Assembly: GCA_028826165.1 (NCBI GenBank)
Contig: JAPDFW010000001.1
Span: 1-64,000, forward strand
DNA: 64,000 nt
Direction: 5' to 3'
Source: Anaeramoeba ignava BMAN
Taxonomy: Eukaryota > Protista > Anaeramoebae
Below the pieces are notes generated by a model. That model saw only the letters and a program-made list of their open reading frames with translations. It was not told the origin of the DNA and did no database searches. The stretch's first letter is position 1. The number at the start of each line of letters is the position of its first letter. Positions 40,044-53,838 of the stretch are shown piece by piece. A program made the translations under genes and the position numbers.

Positions 40044-43000
40044 ATGTCAAAACCATTAAGACAACCAACAAAACAAATAAATTTAAAAACTGCAAAGTCG
40101 TTAATGAAAAAACAAACACAAACTGACCAAAAAAAAACTGATTCAAAATCAAAAGAAACTAACAAAGAAAAAGGTCAGAATAAGTCTTCTTTCGGTAAAA
40201 GAGAATTTGACCGAAGATCAGGAACTGGAAGGCCGTAAATATTTCTATTTCCTTTTATCTTATTCATTCTAAAAATTATTAGTTTTAATTATGAAAAAAA
40301 AAATTTTTTTCATTTTGAATAATTCAGTTATTTTTGAATTGAATTAAATTATTTTTGAATTAAATTATTTTTAAATTAAATTATTTTTGAATTGAATTAA
40401 ATTATTTTTAAATTAAATTATTTTTGAATTAAATTAAGTTATTTTTGAATTGAATTAAATTATTTTTAAATTGAATTATTTTTGAATTAAATTATTTTTA
40501 AATTAAACTATTTTTAAATTGAATTATTTTTGAATTAAATTATTTTTAAATTGAATTATTTTTGAATTAAATTATTTTTAAATTGAATTATTTTTGAATT
40601 AAATTGACACTAAATTAAATTATTTTTAAACTAAATTATTTTAAATTAAATTAAATTATTTTTAAATTAAATTATTTTTGAATTAAATTATTTTGAATTA
40701 AACTAAATTATTTTTAAATTAAATTATTTTTAAATTAAATTATTTTTAAATTAAATTATTTTTGAATTAAATTAAGTTATTTTTGAATTGAATTAAATTA
40801 TTTTTAAATTGAATTATTTTTGAATTAAATTATTTTTAAATTGAATTATTTTTAAATTGAATTATTTTTAAATTAAATTATTTTTGAATTAAATTATTTT
40901 TGAATTGAATTAAATTATTTTTGAATTGAATTAAATTATTTTTAAATTAAATTAAATTATTTTTAAATTAAATTATTTTTGAATTAAACTAAATTATTTT
41001 TAAATTAAATTATTTTTAAATTAAATTATTTTTGAATTAAATTATTTTTGAATTAAATTATTTTTGAATTAAATTATTTTTGAATTAAATTATTTTTGAA
41101 TTAAATTATTTTTAAATTAAATTATTTTTGAATTAAATTAAATTATTTTTGAATTAAATTTTAGTAAAAATGAAATGAAAAAATCAGGAGAAGGCAAATT
41201 TAATTGGGGAGGAAATGATTATAACAAAAAATATTCAAAATCAGGAAAATATAGAAAAAATGAAAATGATTCAGATAAAGAAGAAGAAGAAAAAAATTAT
41301 GTGACATTTGATGAACATATGGAAAGACTCAAGAATAAATCAAAGAATATAAAAGATGATGGCAAGAATAATCCTGTTAAATTAGCAGATGATAATAAAT
41401 TAGAGGAAGATTTCGCAAATCTTGTGAATTTAAAAAATGAATCAACCACAAAACAAAAAAAACCAGTAATTAATTATTTCAAAAATTAATTGAAAAAAAA
41501 AATATTTCAAAATATTTAATTCATTATTCTTTTTGCTTCTTTATTAGGATTCAAAAAAAAACAAATCAAAAAAGAAATCAAAAAAGAAATCAAAAAAAGG
41601 ACAAATAGTTTCAGAAATTTCAATTATTACTGAAATTCCACAACATGGAAACTATTCTCGAAACAAAAACACACAATATCAAAAAGGAAACCAAAATAAT
41701 ACAACACAAAGAAAATTTGAAAATCAAAATCAAAATCAAAATCAAAATCAAAATCAAAATGAAAATGAAAATGAAAATTTAAATCAAAATCAAAATCAAA
41801 ATCAAAATCAAAATCAAAATTTAAATCAAAATCAAAATCGAAATCAATATCAATTCCAACATTCAAATGAAAATCATCAAAGAGAGGAAAGAGGACAAAC
41901 CCAAAGATTCAATAACAAGAAAAATTTCAATCATCAATATCGACAAAATAATAGAAATCAATACCAAAGACAATACAAACAAAATAAAAGAGTTCATGGA
42001 AATTTCAATTCAAGAAATTACAATATATATCACAAAAACCAAGATAACTCCTCAAATTATTATCAACAAAGTTATCCACAATATCAAAATGAAAATTATT
42101 CATTTAATCCACAATTTACCTCTCAAATTAATCCTCAGTTCAACACGCATTTCAGCTCACAGCAATTCAGTAATCAGCAATTTCCGCAACAATTTAATGA
42201 TTTTCATGATTTAAATCTCCAATATAATGAGTTTAATCCCCCATTGAATCTCCAATTTAGCAATGATTTTTATTCTAATAATATTGTTAATATTCATGAC
42301 GAACAATATTTAGAACAACCTCAATTTTCTCCTCAAATGAACCCAAATATTCAAAATTTTGAGCAAAGCCAATATATGTATGAACAAAATCAACAAAATC
42401 AACAAAATCAACAAAATCAACAACAACAAAATCAACAACAACAAAATGAACAACAAAATCAACAACAAAATGAGCAACAAAGTCAACAACAAAATGAGCA
42501 ACAAAATCAACAACAAAATGAACAACAAAATCAACAACAAAATGAACAACAAAATGAACAACAAAATCAACAAAATCAACAACAAAATGAACAACAAAAT
42601 CAAGAACAAAATCAAGAACAAAATCAACAACAAAATCAACAACAAAATCAAGAACAAAATCAACAACAAAATCAATTTAATAATCAACAAAATGAACAAC
42701 AAAATCAACAACAAAATGAACAACAAAATCAACAAAATCAACAACAAAATCAACAACAAAATGAACAACAAAATCAACAACAAAATCAACAACAAAATCA
42801 ACAACAAAATGATCAACAAAATCAATTTAATAATCAACAACAAAATCAATTTAATAATCAACAACAAAATCAATTTAATAATCAACAACAAAATCAAGAA
42901 AACCTATTTAATAATCCACAACAAAATCAACAAAATCTATTTAATAATCAACAACAATTCCAGCAATTCAATTCACAACTTAATTCACCTCATTTGAATC

Positions 43001-43386
43001 AGGAATTCAATCTATCTCATTTCAATCCACAATTTAATCAATTCACTCAATTCAATCAACAAATGATGAATGATCAAAACTTTACAAATAGTAACCACTC
43101 ATATCAAAATCAATATTGGAATAAAGTAAGATTAAATAAAATGCATCAATCTTATCCTCATTCATCTTATCAACAAAACAATAACTATCAAGATAATCGT
43201 AATTTTCATTATAATTATCATCATGATCGCCAGAAAAATTTTCAAGATCATCAAAGAAATTTCAATAAACCAAAATTTAATTATACAAACCAACAAAATC
43301 AAGAACAAAACCAAGAACAAACTCAAGAACAAAATCAAAACCAACAAATTAAAGTGACAGAATCAAATTTCCCAACACTTAAATAA
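40044..43386 (+). CDS. SERBP1/Stm1/HABP4-family RNA-binding protein with a long Q/N-rich C-terminal region, 3 exons
   Basis: Motifs KREFDRRSGTGR, KKSGEGKFNWG, VTFDEH and terminal NFPTL. Exons ~40044-40234, 41165-41465 and 41548-43386; the last exon is in frame with ORF 42244. Confidence 0.8.
40325..41160. repeat. Intronic 15-mer satellite (AAATTATTTTTRAATT-like)
   Basis: Fills intron 1 of the SERBP1-like gene. Confidence 0.9.
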
Positions 43387-43679
43387 TGAAAACAAAAAAA
43401 ACACAAAGAAATAATTTTTTTTTTTTCATTTAGAGACAACTTCTTAATTTCTTTTCTTCTTTTCTTTTCTTTTTCTTTTCTTTTCTTTTCTTAATTTCTT
43501 TTTCTTTTTCTCTTCACTTTTTTTTCTTTTTCTTTTTCTCTTTTTAGATACAATTCTAATCTTCAAATTAGGATAGATAAACAAAATCCAATAAACAATT
43601 CATTTCATTCTTTTTTTTTTGTTTTTAAATTTATTTTTATTTTTATTTTTATTTTTATAATAATATTATTATTATTATT

Positions 43680-44994
43680 CTAAACTTTAATTAAATTTAA
43701 TCTAGAAATTTTTGGAATTGTCGGAAGAAATATAACAAAATATGGATCTTTTTTTATATTTTCTAAAAGAGTTTTTCTTTGATAATTAATCCAATTTTGA
43801 TCTAAATCTGAATCTAAATTTAAATCTTTATTTAATTTTGAACTTAAATCATTATATAAAACACGAAGATTAGCATAAAGAATAGAGAAAGAAGATATTG
43901 CGAAACGGATTGAAAGAAGAATTGAAAAACAAGAAGGTACAAGAAACTATAAAAATTCGAATTAAGATTTAAAATAAAAATTAATTTTAAAATTAATCTT
44001 ACTTTAATTACTCCTTCATAATTATTTCTTGTAAAAATACTAAACAAATTTGCTAAAATATTAATAATAGAAAATGTAAACAAATAAAAAAGAAGAAGAA
44101 GAAATGCTTTATAATTTCGAAAACCAATGCAATTTGGAATTTAATTTTGCAAGCCAATTTAATTTTTAAATTTAATTTTAATTTTAATTTTGAATTTAAT
44201 TTTGAATTTGAATTGAATTTAAATTTGAATTTAATTTTGAATTTAATTTTGAATTTAATTTTGAATTTAATTTTGAATTTTGAATTTAATTTTGAATTTA
44301 ATTTTGATTTTAATTTTGAATTTAATTTTGAATTTAATTTTGAATTTAATTTTGAATTTAATTTTGAATTTAATTTTATTTAGATTTTGAATTTAATTTT
44401 GAATTTAGATTTTGAATTTAATATTGAATTTAATGTTGAATTTAATATTGAATTGAATTTGATTTTAATTTTGAATTTAATTTTAATTTTGAATTTAATT
44501 TTGAATTGAATTTAATTTTGAATTTAATTTTGAATTTTGAATTTAATTTTGAATTGAATTTAATTTTGAATGAAAAAAATACATGATGATCATATGAAAG
44601 AACACATCTATTACAAATCATACAATGAACTGTTCCTTGAGGTTGAGAAACATGGCATACATTACAAGTACGCTTTTTAGATAATTCAATATCCTTAATT
44701 TTTCAATTGTCATTATTTCAATTTATTAAATTAAAAAAATTCTGTTATTGATTTTCCTTTTACATTTTTTATATTTGGTTTTCCTGGATTTATAAATGCT
44801 GTAATTATAAAAGAGATTAAAATCATTAAAAACAAAACATGAAAAAGAGCACAAAAAATTGAGCGTGAAATGTGATAATTTTCACTTATTGAAGATATAG
44901 GAATAATAAAAGGTTTGTAAATAATAAATATCAATAAAATCCAAAGAAAAGGAATAATTTTTCGTGATAAATTTGCATTAATTATTTTATCCAT
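43680..44994 (-). CDS. DHHC palmitoyltransferase, 4 exons; the exon following DHH appears garbled
   Basis: TAFINPG, RTCNVCHVSQPQGTVHCMICNRCVLSYDHH, then WLA...NCIGFRNYKAFLL and TM segments. Confidence 0.8.
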
Positions 44995-45103
44995 TTAAAT
45001 TTTTTGGAGTAAAAGAAAAAATTAAGAAAAAAGAAACGATTAAAAAAAAAAATGAAAAAAAAAATTTTTGATTTAAATTTTCTTTATTTAAAAATTTTTT
45101 TTT

Positions 45104-45442
45104 TTAATTTGTTTTTTCTTTATTAAAAAAAGCATTTCCTCGATGAGAAAAAGTAATAAAACTTGGTCGCATTATTTCTAATCTATCTTGTTTTTGTGCT
45201 TGTTTATCAATATGAATTGGTATAAATTCCCATGATTTTTCATATAAAAATCCTGTTATGCAAAAAACCAATGAAGTTATTAATGAAAAAATTAAAATAA
45301 TTGGATATTTTTTTTGTTCTTGTTTTTCTATTGGATCAAGAAGTCTTGTTTTTTTTTGAATTGAAAATCCAATCCAAATACCATAAATTAAAAAAGAAAT
45401 GCAAAGAACAAATGAAATTTGTGAAAAATATTTATTTGACAT
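45104..45442 (-). CDS. ER membrane complex subunit EMC5 / MMGT1-like
   Basis: Two TM helices and a C-terminal RPSFITFSHRG matching the MMgT family signature (RPSFxxFNHRG). Confidence 0.7.
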   Translation of the reverse strand: MSNKYFSQISFVLCISFLIYGIWIGFSIQKKTRLLDPIEKQEQKKYPIILIFSLITSLVFCITGFLYEKSWEFIPIHIDKQAQKQDRLEIMRPSFITFSHRGNAFFNKEKTN

Positions 45443-45529
45443 GAATTTATTAAACAAAATGAAATGAAAAAAAAAATGAAAAAAAAAATTGAAAAAAAAA
45501 TTTGAATTTCTTTTTCTTTTTCTTTTTTT

Positions 45530-45881
45530 TTACATAAATTGATTAAAATAACTTGAATCTTCAAAAATCCAACTTTCTTGTTCAATATTTTGACTTAATT
45601 CTCTTAAAGAAGAAAGGATTTCTTTTTGAAATTCTATTTAAAAAATATTTTTTTGTTTTTTTATTATTTTGTTTTTGTTTCGTTAAAAATGATAATAAAT
45701 TTTAATTTGAAAAAATTAATTAAATTTAAAAACCTTGTTTAATTTTTTCTGGTGATTCTATTTTTGTTGTTAATGTCATTAATTCTCTATAAGAATTTAT
45801 TAAATTAATTTCTTTTTTCATAATTTCTGGAATTGAATTTGAATTTGAATTTGAATTTGAATTTGAATTTGAATTTGACAT
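45530..45881 (-). CDS. Small 2-exon protein, APC16-like
   Basis: The spliced ORF MSNSNS...PEKIKQ|EFQKEILSSLRELSQNIEQESWIFED has a clean GT-AG phase-1 join. The C-terminal L..L...IE.E.W.F pattern resembles ANAPC16. Not in the ORF track. Confidence 0.55.
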
Positions 45882-45957
45882 TGATTTAAATTTTTAAAAA
45901 AGAAAAAAGAAAAAAAATGAAATTTTAATTTTTTCATTTTTTTTCTTTTTTTAAAAA

Positions 45958-48079
45958 ATGGAATTTTCTGAAATTACTTTTTATTATTCTATACCTTATT
46001 ATCGAACTGAACATACAGTTTATATTACAGGAAATATACTTGAATTAGGATATTGGGATACAAAAAAAGCATTTAAATTAGAAACAAATGAAGAACTGTA
46101 TAAAAAAAAATAATAAAATAATAAGTTAAAAATTTTAATTAAAATTTTCTTTTCAAAAAAAAAAAATTTAATTTGTAAAGTTTTCCAATTTATACAACAA
46201 AAATTTTCCTTCCAAAATTCGTTCAAATTGAATATAAATATATTACAAAAGATAAATATTTAAATGTTACTTGGGAATCATTTGGAGCATATAATAACAG
46301 AAAGTTATATCTTGATAATCAACCAAAAGATGTTTGCATTGATGGTTTTTCAACAACTTCTTCTATTTCTCCGTCTTCTTTAAAATTTTTTGCTCAAAGA
46401 GGATATTCTTTAACTGTTTTTAATCTATTTTTTTCTTTCTTCTTTTTTTTTTTAAATTGAAAATTGATTGGAAATTTTAATTTATTTTTTATAATTTAGA
46501 CTGAAGTAAATCATTTTTTTTTTGAATTCATTTAGAAATTGAATTTATTATCAAATATAAATATATAGACTGCTTTCCGAATTTTATATAGTGCAAATAA
46601 TACATTTGTTGATAGAGAAAAATTGATGGAAGAATTTATTCATTTAGGGGGAGATATTTTAGGACAAGATGAAGTATATTAATTAGCAGCAAATAATAAT
46701 CATAATAATTTCTCAAAATACTTATACATTTTATTTATAGGGTGTAAATTTAAATTTTATAAATGAATTTTAATTATAATTTAAATTTTATAAATGAATT
46801 TTAGCAAAATACTCTTTTAATTATTCTTTTCAGACATTGTGACTCCGCTAATCTTGTTTCTATTTTATTGGAAAAAGGTTCAGATCCTAATCATTCAAAT
46901 GTATTTTTGTTTTATTTATATATTTATATAAAAGAAAATTTTAATTAAATTATTATTAGAATGTAAAAATAATTCCCAAAAACAAATTTAGGTTTTAAAA
47001 ATCAATTCTTTTTTATTTTTATTCTATTCTTTTTGATTTAGTACGTAAATTGAATTTTCTTTATTATTTCTTTTTGGAAAATTAATGAATTTTTTTTTTG
47101 TAAAAAAAAAAGCTTGAAACGCCACTTTATTATGCATTATGCTCACAAGAAAGTAACTCAAAATTGAATCAACTAAGATTACTTCTGTTATATGGAGCTG
47201 ATGTGAACAAACCGTTCAGAAAAGACCTAAATGTATCGTCGTTTGAATTTCTTATGAGCCAATCAAATTTCAAGAGAAGATTTTTCACAATGCTTCTTGA
47301 TTTTGGACCTAATTTTGATCTTTTAGCGAAAATATTAAAAACCGAGAATTTTAAAAAACAAGAAGTAAAGGTTCTTGTTGAAAGATATATAACTATTCAA
47401 ATAGAAATGGAGCATTTTTTTCAAGAAAGATTGGGAGCCAATTTACAATTTTTTGATAAAGAGAAAACATGAAATTAAAGTGCATGATTTCATACTGAAA
47501 ATTAGGAAAATAAATGAAGAAAAATTTCAGGAATTGATTGAAAATAGCAATAATTTAGAGGAAATTCTAATGTTTGTGAAATGGGTTTATACAGGATTAA
47601 TTGAAGATTTTGAATCTCAATTTAATTTTGCGAAAAAATGCATTGATTCAATTACTTGCAAATATGATTTTTTTAGTGCTTCTTATAGACAAGGTTTAAT
47701 TAATGCTTTAAAGGAATTATATTTTGATGAACAATCTAAGAACTTGGTTATCAAGACAGAAAATTATGAGATTCCGATTCATCGGGAAATATTATATTTT
47801 CGATGTGAAAAATTTCGGGATTTGATTTCTTTTAATAATGATGAAAAAAAAGATTTAAATTATATTGAAGTTCCTCAACTTAACAAATTTTCATATGATT
47901 TAGTAGAAAATTTTATTCAATATTTGTATATTGATTTTCTTGATTCAACTATAATTGAGAAGTATTTTGGAGATTTAAAAGATTTGATGGAAATATTTAA
48001 ATTGAATGAAAAGAATATGCTTGAATATTACATTATATCATTTCAAAGAGTTCATCAAGAATATTTTGAGAAATTTTAA
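45958..48079 (+). CDS. CBM20 (starch/glycogen-binding)-ankyrin-BTB/POZ protein, multi-exon, with apparent frameshifts
   Basis: N-terminal VYITGNILELGYWDTKKAFKL...VTWES...NR (CBM20). Ankyrin-like LLEKGSDPN, ETPLYYAL and LLLYGADVN. Tandem BTB-like IKVHDFILKIR and IPIHREILYFRCEKF...FIQYLYID. Confidence 0.65.
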
Positions 48080-48191
48080 ACAATTTGAACCAAAAAAAAA
48101 AAAAAAAAAGAATTTATTTTTCTATTTATTTTTAAAAAGTAATCAATCAAAAAAGAATAAAAGAAATTTATTCTAATTCAATTTATATTTT

Positions 48192-51100
48192 CTATTTAAT
48201 TTCTGTAACAATAAATTTTTGTCTTGCAGGAATTTTTTTGATTTTTTTAGATCTTGAGTGTTTTTGTATATTGTCTAATTTTCTTCTTGAAGATTGAATC
48301 ATTTCTTGTTTCATTTTTTTTAGATTATAAAGTATTTTTGGTAAATGACGATGTCTTGCTATTCTTCTAATTTCTGGCATGTTTTTATATCTTTGTTTTA
48401 GTTGATTTCGGTATCTCATTGATTGAACTTCTCTTCTTGAAGTTACTATTAATGGTTCACTTTTTCTTGCTTTCCAAATTCTTATATTTGCATCATCACT
48501 ACCTGAAAAAATAAATTTTGCATCCATACTGTATCTAACAGTGAAAATTCTATTATTTATAAAATTTATTTATAAAATTTAATATAAAATTTAATATAAA
48601 ATTATTTATAAAATTATTTATAAAATTATATATAAAATTATTTATAAAATTATTTATAAAATTTATTTATAAAATTAATTTATAAAATTATTTATAAAAT
48701 TATTTATAAAATTATTTATAAAATTATTTATAAAATTAAATATAAAATTATTTATAAAATTTATTATAAAATTAAATATAAAATTATTTATAAAATTATT
48801 TATAAAATTATTTATAAAATTATTTATTTTTAATTTTTAATTCTATCAAAATATAAGAATAAATACTTTTGCATTCTTCTTGTATGATAAACTTCTTTGC
48901 TCCTTCCGCTATCATATCCAAATATTCTAATTGTTTTATCATAAGATCCTGAAACAAATTCTTTGCCAGTTGGGGAATAATCAATATCCATAACTGCTGA
49001 TAAATGGTCCATATGAACACATAAAGCTTCCTTCATTTTTCTCATATCAAAAGTATAACAATTATTATCTTCATTTGCAACAGTAAAATTAAAAGCTTCC
49101 ATTGGATTCCAAGCAATTGAATTTGATCGATTCTTTTTTTATATAAAAAATTCAAACAAATATTTAAATTCAAATTCAAATTAAATAAATAAATATTCAA
49201 ATTCAAATTCAAATTCAAATTCAAATTCAAATTCAAATTAAATAAATATTCAAATTCAAATTCAAATTCAAATTCAAATTCAAACAAATATTTAAATTCA
49301 AATTCAAATTCAAATTCAAATTCAAATTCAAATTCAAATTCAAATTCAAATTCAAATTCAAATTTAAATTCATATTAATATTGATATCAATTTACATCTA
49401 ATATTAATTTTCTTATTGGGGTTCTTGATTTAACATCATATAAAGCAATACTATTATCAGAACCAGTTGTTGCAAAAATATTATGTTCAACTGGATTAAA
49501 TTTTGCAGAAATTGTTGATTCAGATGTTTCCCAAGAAAATTGTTGAATAGGTTGTGATCTATTAAATTAAATTTAAATCAATCAATAAATCAATCATAAA
49601 AAAATAAAAAAATAAAAATTCAAATCAAAAAAAAAACCTGTTATAATCCCATAAATGAAAATAATCTTAAAAATAAAAATAAAAAAAATAAAAACCTGTT
49701 TCCCCAAGAATGAAGATAATTCAGTACTCTCAAGAATGATCAATTAAATTTATTAAATTTTTTTTCAATTTATGAATTAAATATTTTAAATTAATTGTAA
49801 AAGAAAAAAAAACCTTAAAGTTGATTGAGTAATAAAAGTTGAAAATGGAACAATTTCTTGATTTATTGATTCAAGATTTAATGGCCAATGCTTAATTGTT
49901 CTATCATCTGCACATGTAAGAAAAGATGTTCCATTGGGTCGAGATATTGTTAATCCTCTTATAAAACTATTATGTGCTTGAACTGAAAAAAAAGTATTTC
50001 TTTCAAGAACATTCCAAATTTTAACCTCTAAATTTAATAAATAATTTAATAAATAAATTTAATAATAAATTAATAAATAAATTAATAAAAAATTAATAAA
50101 TAATTTAATAAATAAATTTAATAATAAATTAATAAATAAATTAATAAATAAATTAATAAATAAATTAATAAATAAATTTATAAATAATTAAATAAATAAA
50201 TTAATAAATAAATTAATAAATAATTTATAAATAAATTAATAAATAAATTAATAAATAATTTAATAAATAAATTAATAAATAAATTAATAAATAAATTTAA
50301 TAAATAAATTTAATAAATAATTTAATAAATAATTAATAAATAAATTTATAAATAATTTAATAAATAATTTAATAATAAATTAATAAATAAATTAATAAAT
50401 AAATTTAATAATAAATTAATAATTAATTTAATAAATAAATTAATAAATAATTTAATAAATAATTTAATAAATAAATTAATAAATAATTTAATAAATAAAT
50501 TAATAAATAATTTAATAAATAAATTAATAAATAAATTAATAATTTAATAAATAAATTAATAAATAAATTAATAAATAAATTTAATAATAAATTAATAAAT
50601 AAATTAATAATTAATTTAATAAATAAATTTAATAATAAATTAATAAATAAATTTATAAATAAATTAATAAATAATTTAATAAATATTTTAATAAATAATT
50701 TTATAAATGTTTTTATAAATAATTTAATAAATAATTTAATAATAATTTAATAAATAAATTAATAAATAAATTAATAAATAAATTAATAAATAAATTAATA
50801 AATAAATTAATAAATAAATTTATAAATAATTTTATAAATAATTTAATAAATAATTTAATAAATAATTTAATAAATAATTTAATAAATAAATTAATAAATA
50901 TATTAATAAATAAATTAATAAATAAATTAATAAATAATTTAATAAATAAATTAATAAATAAATTAATAAATAAATTAATAAATAAAATTAATAAATAATT
51001 TAATAAATAAATAAATAATAAATTAATAAATAAATTAATAAATAAATTAATAAATAAATTAATAAATAAATTAATAAATAATTTAATAATTAATTTAATA

Positions 51101-52498
51101 AATAATTTAATAAATAATTTAATAAATAAATTAATAAATAATTTAATAAATAAATTAATAAATAAATTAATAAATAAATTAATAAATAAATTAATAAATA
51201 ATTTAATAAATAAATTTTATAAATAAATTTAATAAATAATTTAATAAATAAATTAATAAATAATTTAATAAATAAATTAATAAATAAATTAATAAATAAT
51301 TTAATAAATAAATTAATAAATAAATTAATAAATAAATTAATAAATAATTTAATAAATAATTTAATAAATAATTTAATAAATAAATTAATAAATAAATTAA
51401 TAAATAATTTAATAAATAATTTAATAAATAAATTAATAAATAAATTAATAAATAATTTAATGAATAAATTAATAAATAATTTAATAAATAATTTAATAAA
51501 TAATTTAATAAATAATTTAATAAATAAATTAATAAATAATTTAATAAATAAATTAATAAATAAATTAATAAATAAATTAATAAATAAATTAATAAATAAA
51601 TTAATAAATAAATTAATAAATAATTTAATAAATAAATTAATAAATAATTTAATAAATAAATTAATAAATAAATTAATAAATAAATTAATAAATAATTTAA
51701 TGAATAAATTAATAAATAATTTAATAAATAAATTAATAAATAAATTTAATAATAAATCAATAAATAATTTAATAAATAATTTAATAAATAAATTTATAAA
51801 TAAATTAATAAATAAATTAATAAATAAATTAATAAATAATTTTATAAATAAATTAATAAATAATTTAATAAATAAATTAATAAATAATTTTATAAATAAA
51901 TTAATAAATAAATTAATAAATAAATTAATAAATAAATTAATAAATAAATTAATAAATAATTTAATAAATAAATTAATAAATAATTTAATAAATTAATAAA
52001 TAAATTTAATAAATAAATTAATAAATAAATTTAATAAATAAATTAATAAATAAATAAATAATTTTAATAAATAAATTAATTAATAAATTAATAAATAAAT
52101 TAATAAATAAATTTAATAATAATTTAATAAATAAATTTAATAAATAAATTAATAAATAAATTAATAAATGTTTTAATAAATAATTTTATAAATGTTTTAA
52201 TAAATAATTTAATAATAATTTAATAAATACCACCATCAGCACTTGCAGAAAGTAAACAAGATAAATTTTTTGGGTGTTTTTCAATTGAATAAACACCATC
52301 TAAATGACCAGATAAAGCACCAATAAATGGTTTAGCAAACATAGAATCAATTTTAACTGCAGCAAGTGCTCTTGTATATTCTCTTGGTTTTTCAAAAGGA
52401 TGTAATGAAGGTTTGGGATTTCGATGAATTTTAGGCAATTCTGCTTGATTTGTTCTTGCAAATTCATTTCTAGATCGATAAATAACTTTAATTTTCAT
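48192..52498 (-). CDS. DCAF13: DDB1- and CUL4-associated factor 13 / Sof1 (WD40, U3 snoRNP), multi-exon
   Basis: Motifs HPFEKPREYTRALAAVK, MFAKPFIGAL, EAFNFTVANEDNNCYTFDMRK, DYSPTGKEFVSGSYDKTIRIF, SGSDDANIRIWKA and RRIARHRHLPK. Confidence 0.92.
50030..52225. repeat. 2.2-kb intronic 12-mer satellite (AATAAATAAATT/AATAAATAATTT)n
   Basis: Fills intron 1 of DCAF13. Confidence 0.9.
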
Positions 52499-52578
52499 TT
52501 TTTTTAAAGAAAATAAAAAGAAAAAAAAAAAAGAAAAATAATAAAATTTTTTTTCATTTTTTTCTTTTATAAAAAAAA

Positions 52579-52846
52579 ATGCCTCGTTATATTTGTGCTG
52601 AATGTAAAACAGAAAATGAATTTAAACCAAAAGACCCACTTCGTTGTCATAATTGTGGTGCTGTTATCTTTTATAAAAAAAGAACAACACAAAGTAAATT
52701 TTTTTTTAAAACTAAAACTAAAATTAAAATTAAAATTAAAATTAAAATTAAAATTAAAATTAAAATTAAAATTAAAATTAAAATTTAAATTAAAATTTAA
52801 ATTTAATTGAATTTTTTTAATAGCTATTCAATATGAAGCAAGATGA
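52579..52846 (+). CDS. POLR2K: RNA polymerases I/II/III subunit RPABC4 (Rpb12), 2 exons
   Basis: Zinc ribbon YICAECK...[16 protein letters not shown] joined to exon 2 IQYEAR*. Confidence 0.9.
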
Positions 52847-52979
52847 TTTACTTTTTACTTAATATTATTTTATCAAATTTTCCAAACTAAATTTAAAAAG
52901 AAAAATTTTTTCATTCTTTTTTTTTTAAATCAACAAACAATAATAAAATGAAATGAAAACAAAATTATATTTACTTTTA

Positions 52980-53720
52980 AATTTAAATTTATTTTGTGAT
53001 TGATTTTGAATTTAAATTTAAATTAAATTAGATTTATTCCACTTTTTATTTTATGATTAAATTTTGTTTTGATTTTAAATTAAATTAGATTTATTTTATG
53101 ATTAAATTTTATTTTAATTTTAAATTAAATTAGATTTATTCCACTTTTTATTTTATGATTAAATTTTGTTTTAAATTTAAATTAAATTAGATTTATTCCA
53201 CTTTTTATTTTGTGGTTAAATTTTGTTTTGATTAAATTTTTGATTTTTAATTTTTAAATTAAATTTTATTTTATTTTATGATTTATTCCACTTTTTTTTT
53301 TTTAAATTTTGTGATTAAATTTTTAAAATTAATTTATTCTACTTTTTATTTTATGATTAAATTTTGTTTTAAATTTTAAATTAAATTAGATTTTTATTTT
53401 TGTGATTAAATTTTAATTTGATTTTAAATTAAAAATTTATTTATTTTTATTTTATGTTAAATTTTTGTTTTAAATTTAAATTGTGATTAAATTTAAATTT
53501 AATTAGATTTATTTTATGATTAAATTTTGTTTTAAATTTAAATTAAATTAGATTTATTTTATGATTAAATTTTATGATTAAATTTTGTGATTAAATTTAA
53601 ATTGAATTAGTTTTATTTTATGATTAAATTTTAAATTAAATTAGATTTATTTTGTGATTAAATTTTGTTTTAAATTTAAATTAAATTAGATTTATTTTGT
53701 GATTAAATTTTAATTTGATT
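52980..53720. repeat. Degenerate intergenic minisatellite (TTATGATTAAATTTTG / TTAGATTTATTCCACTTTT units)
   Basis: Directly visible upstream of alpha-actinin. Confidence 0.8.
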
Positions 53721-53838
53721 TTTTATTTATAATAATTAGTCATAATTAATTAAAAATTAGTAAAAAAAATAAAAAAAAAAAGCAAAAAATTTTTTTTTTC
53801 ATTTTTTTTTCATTTTTTTAATTTTAAATTAAAAATAA

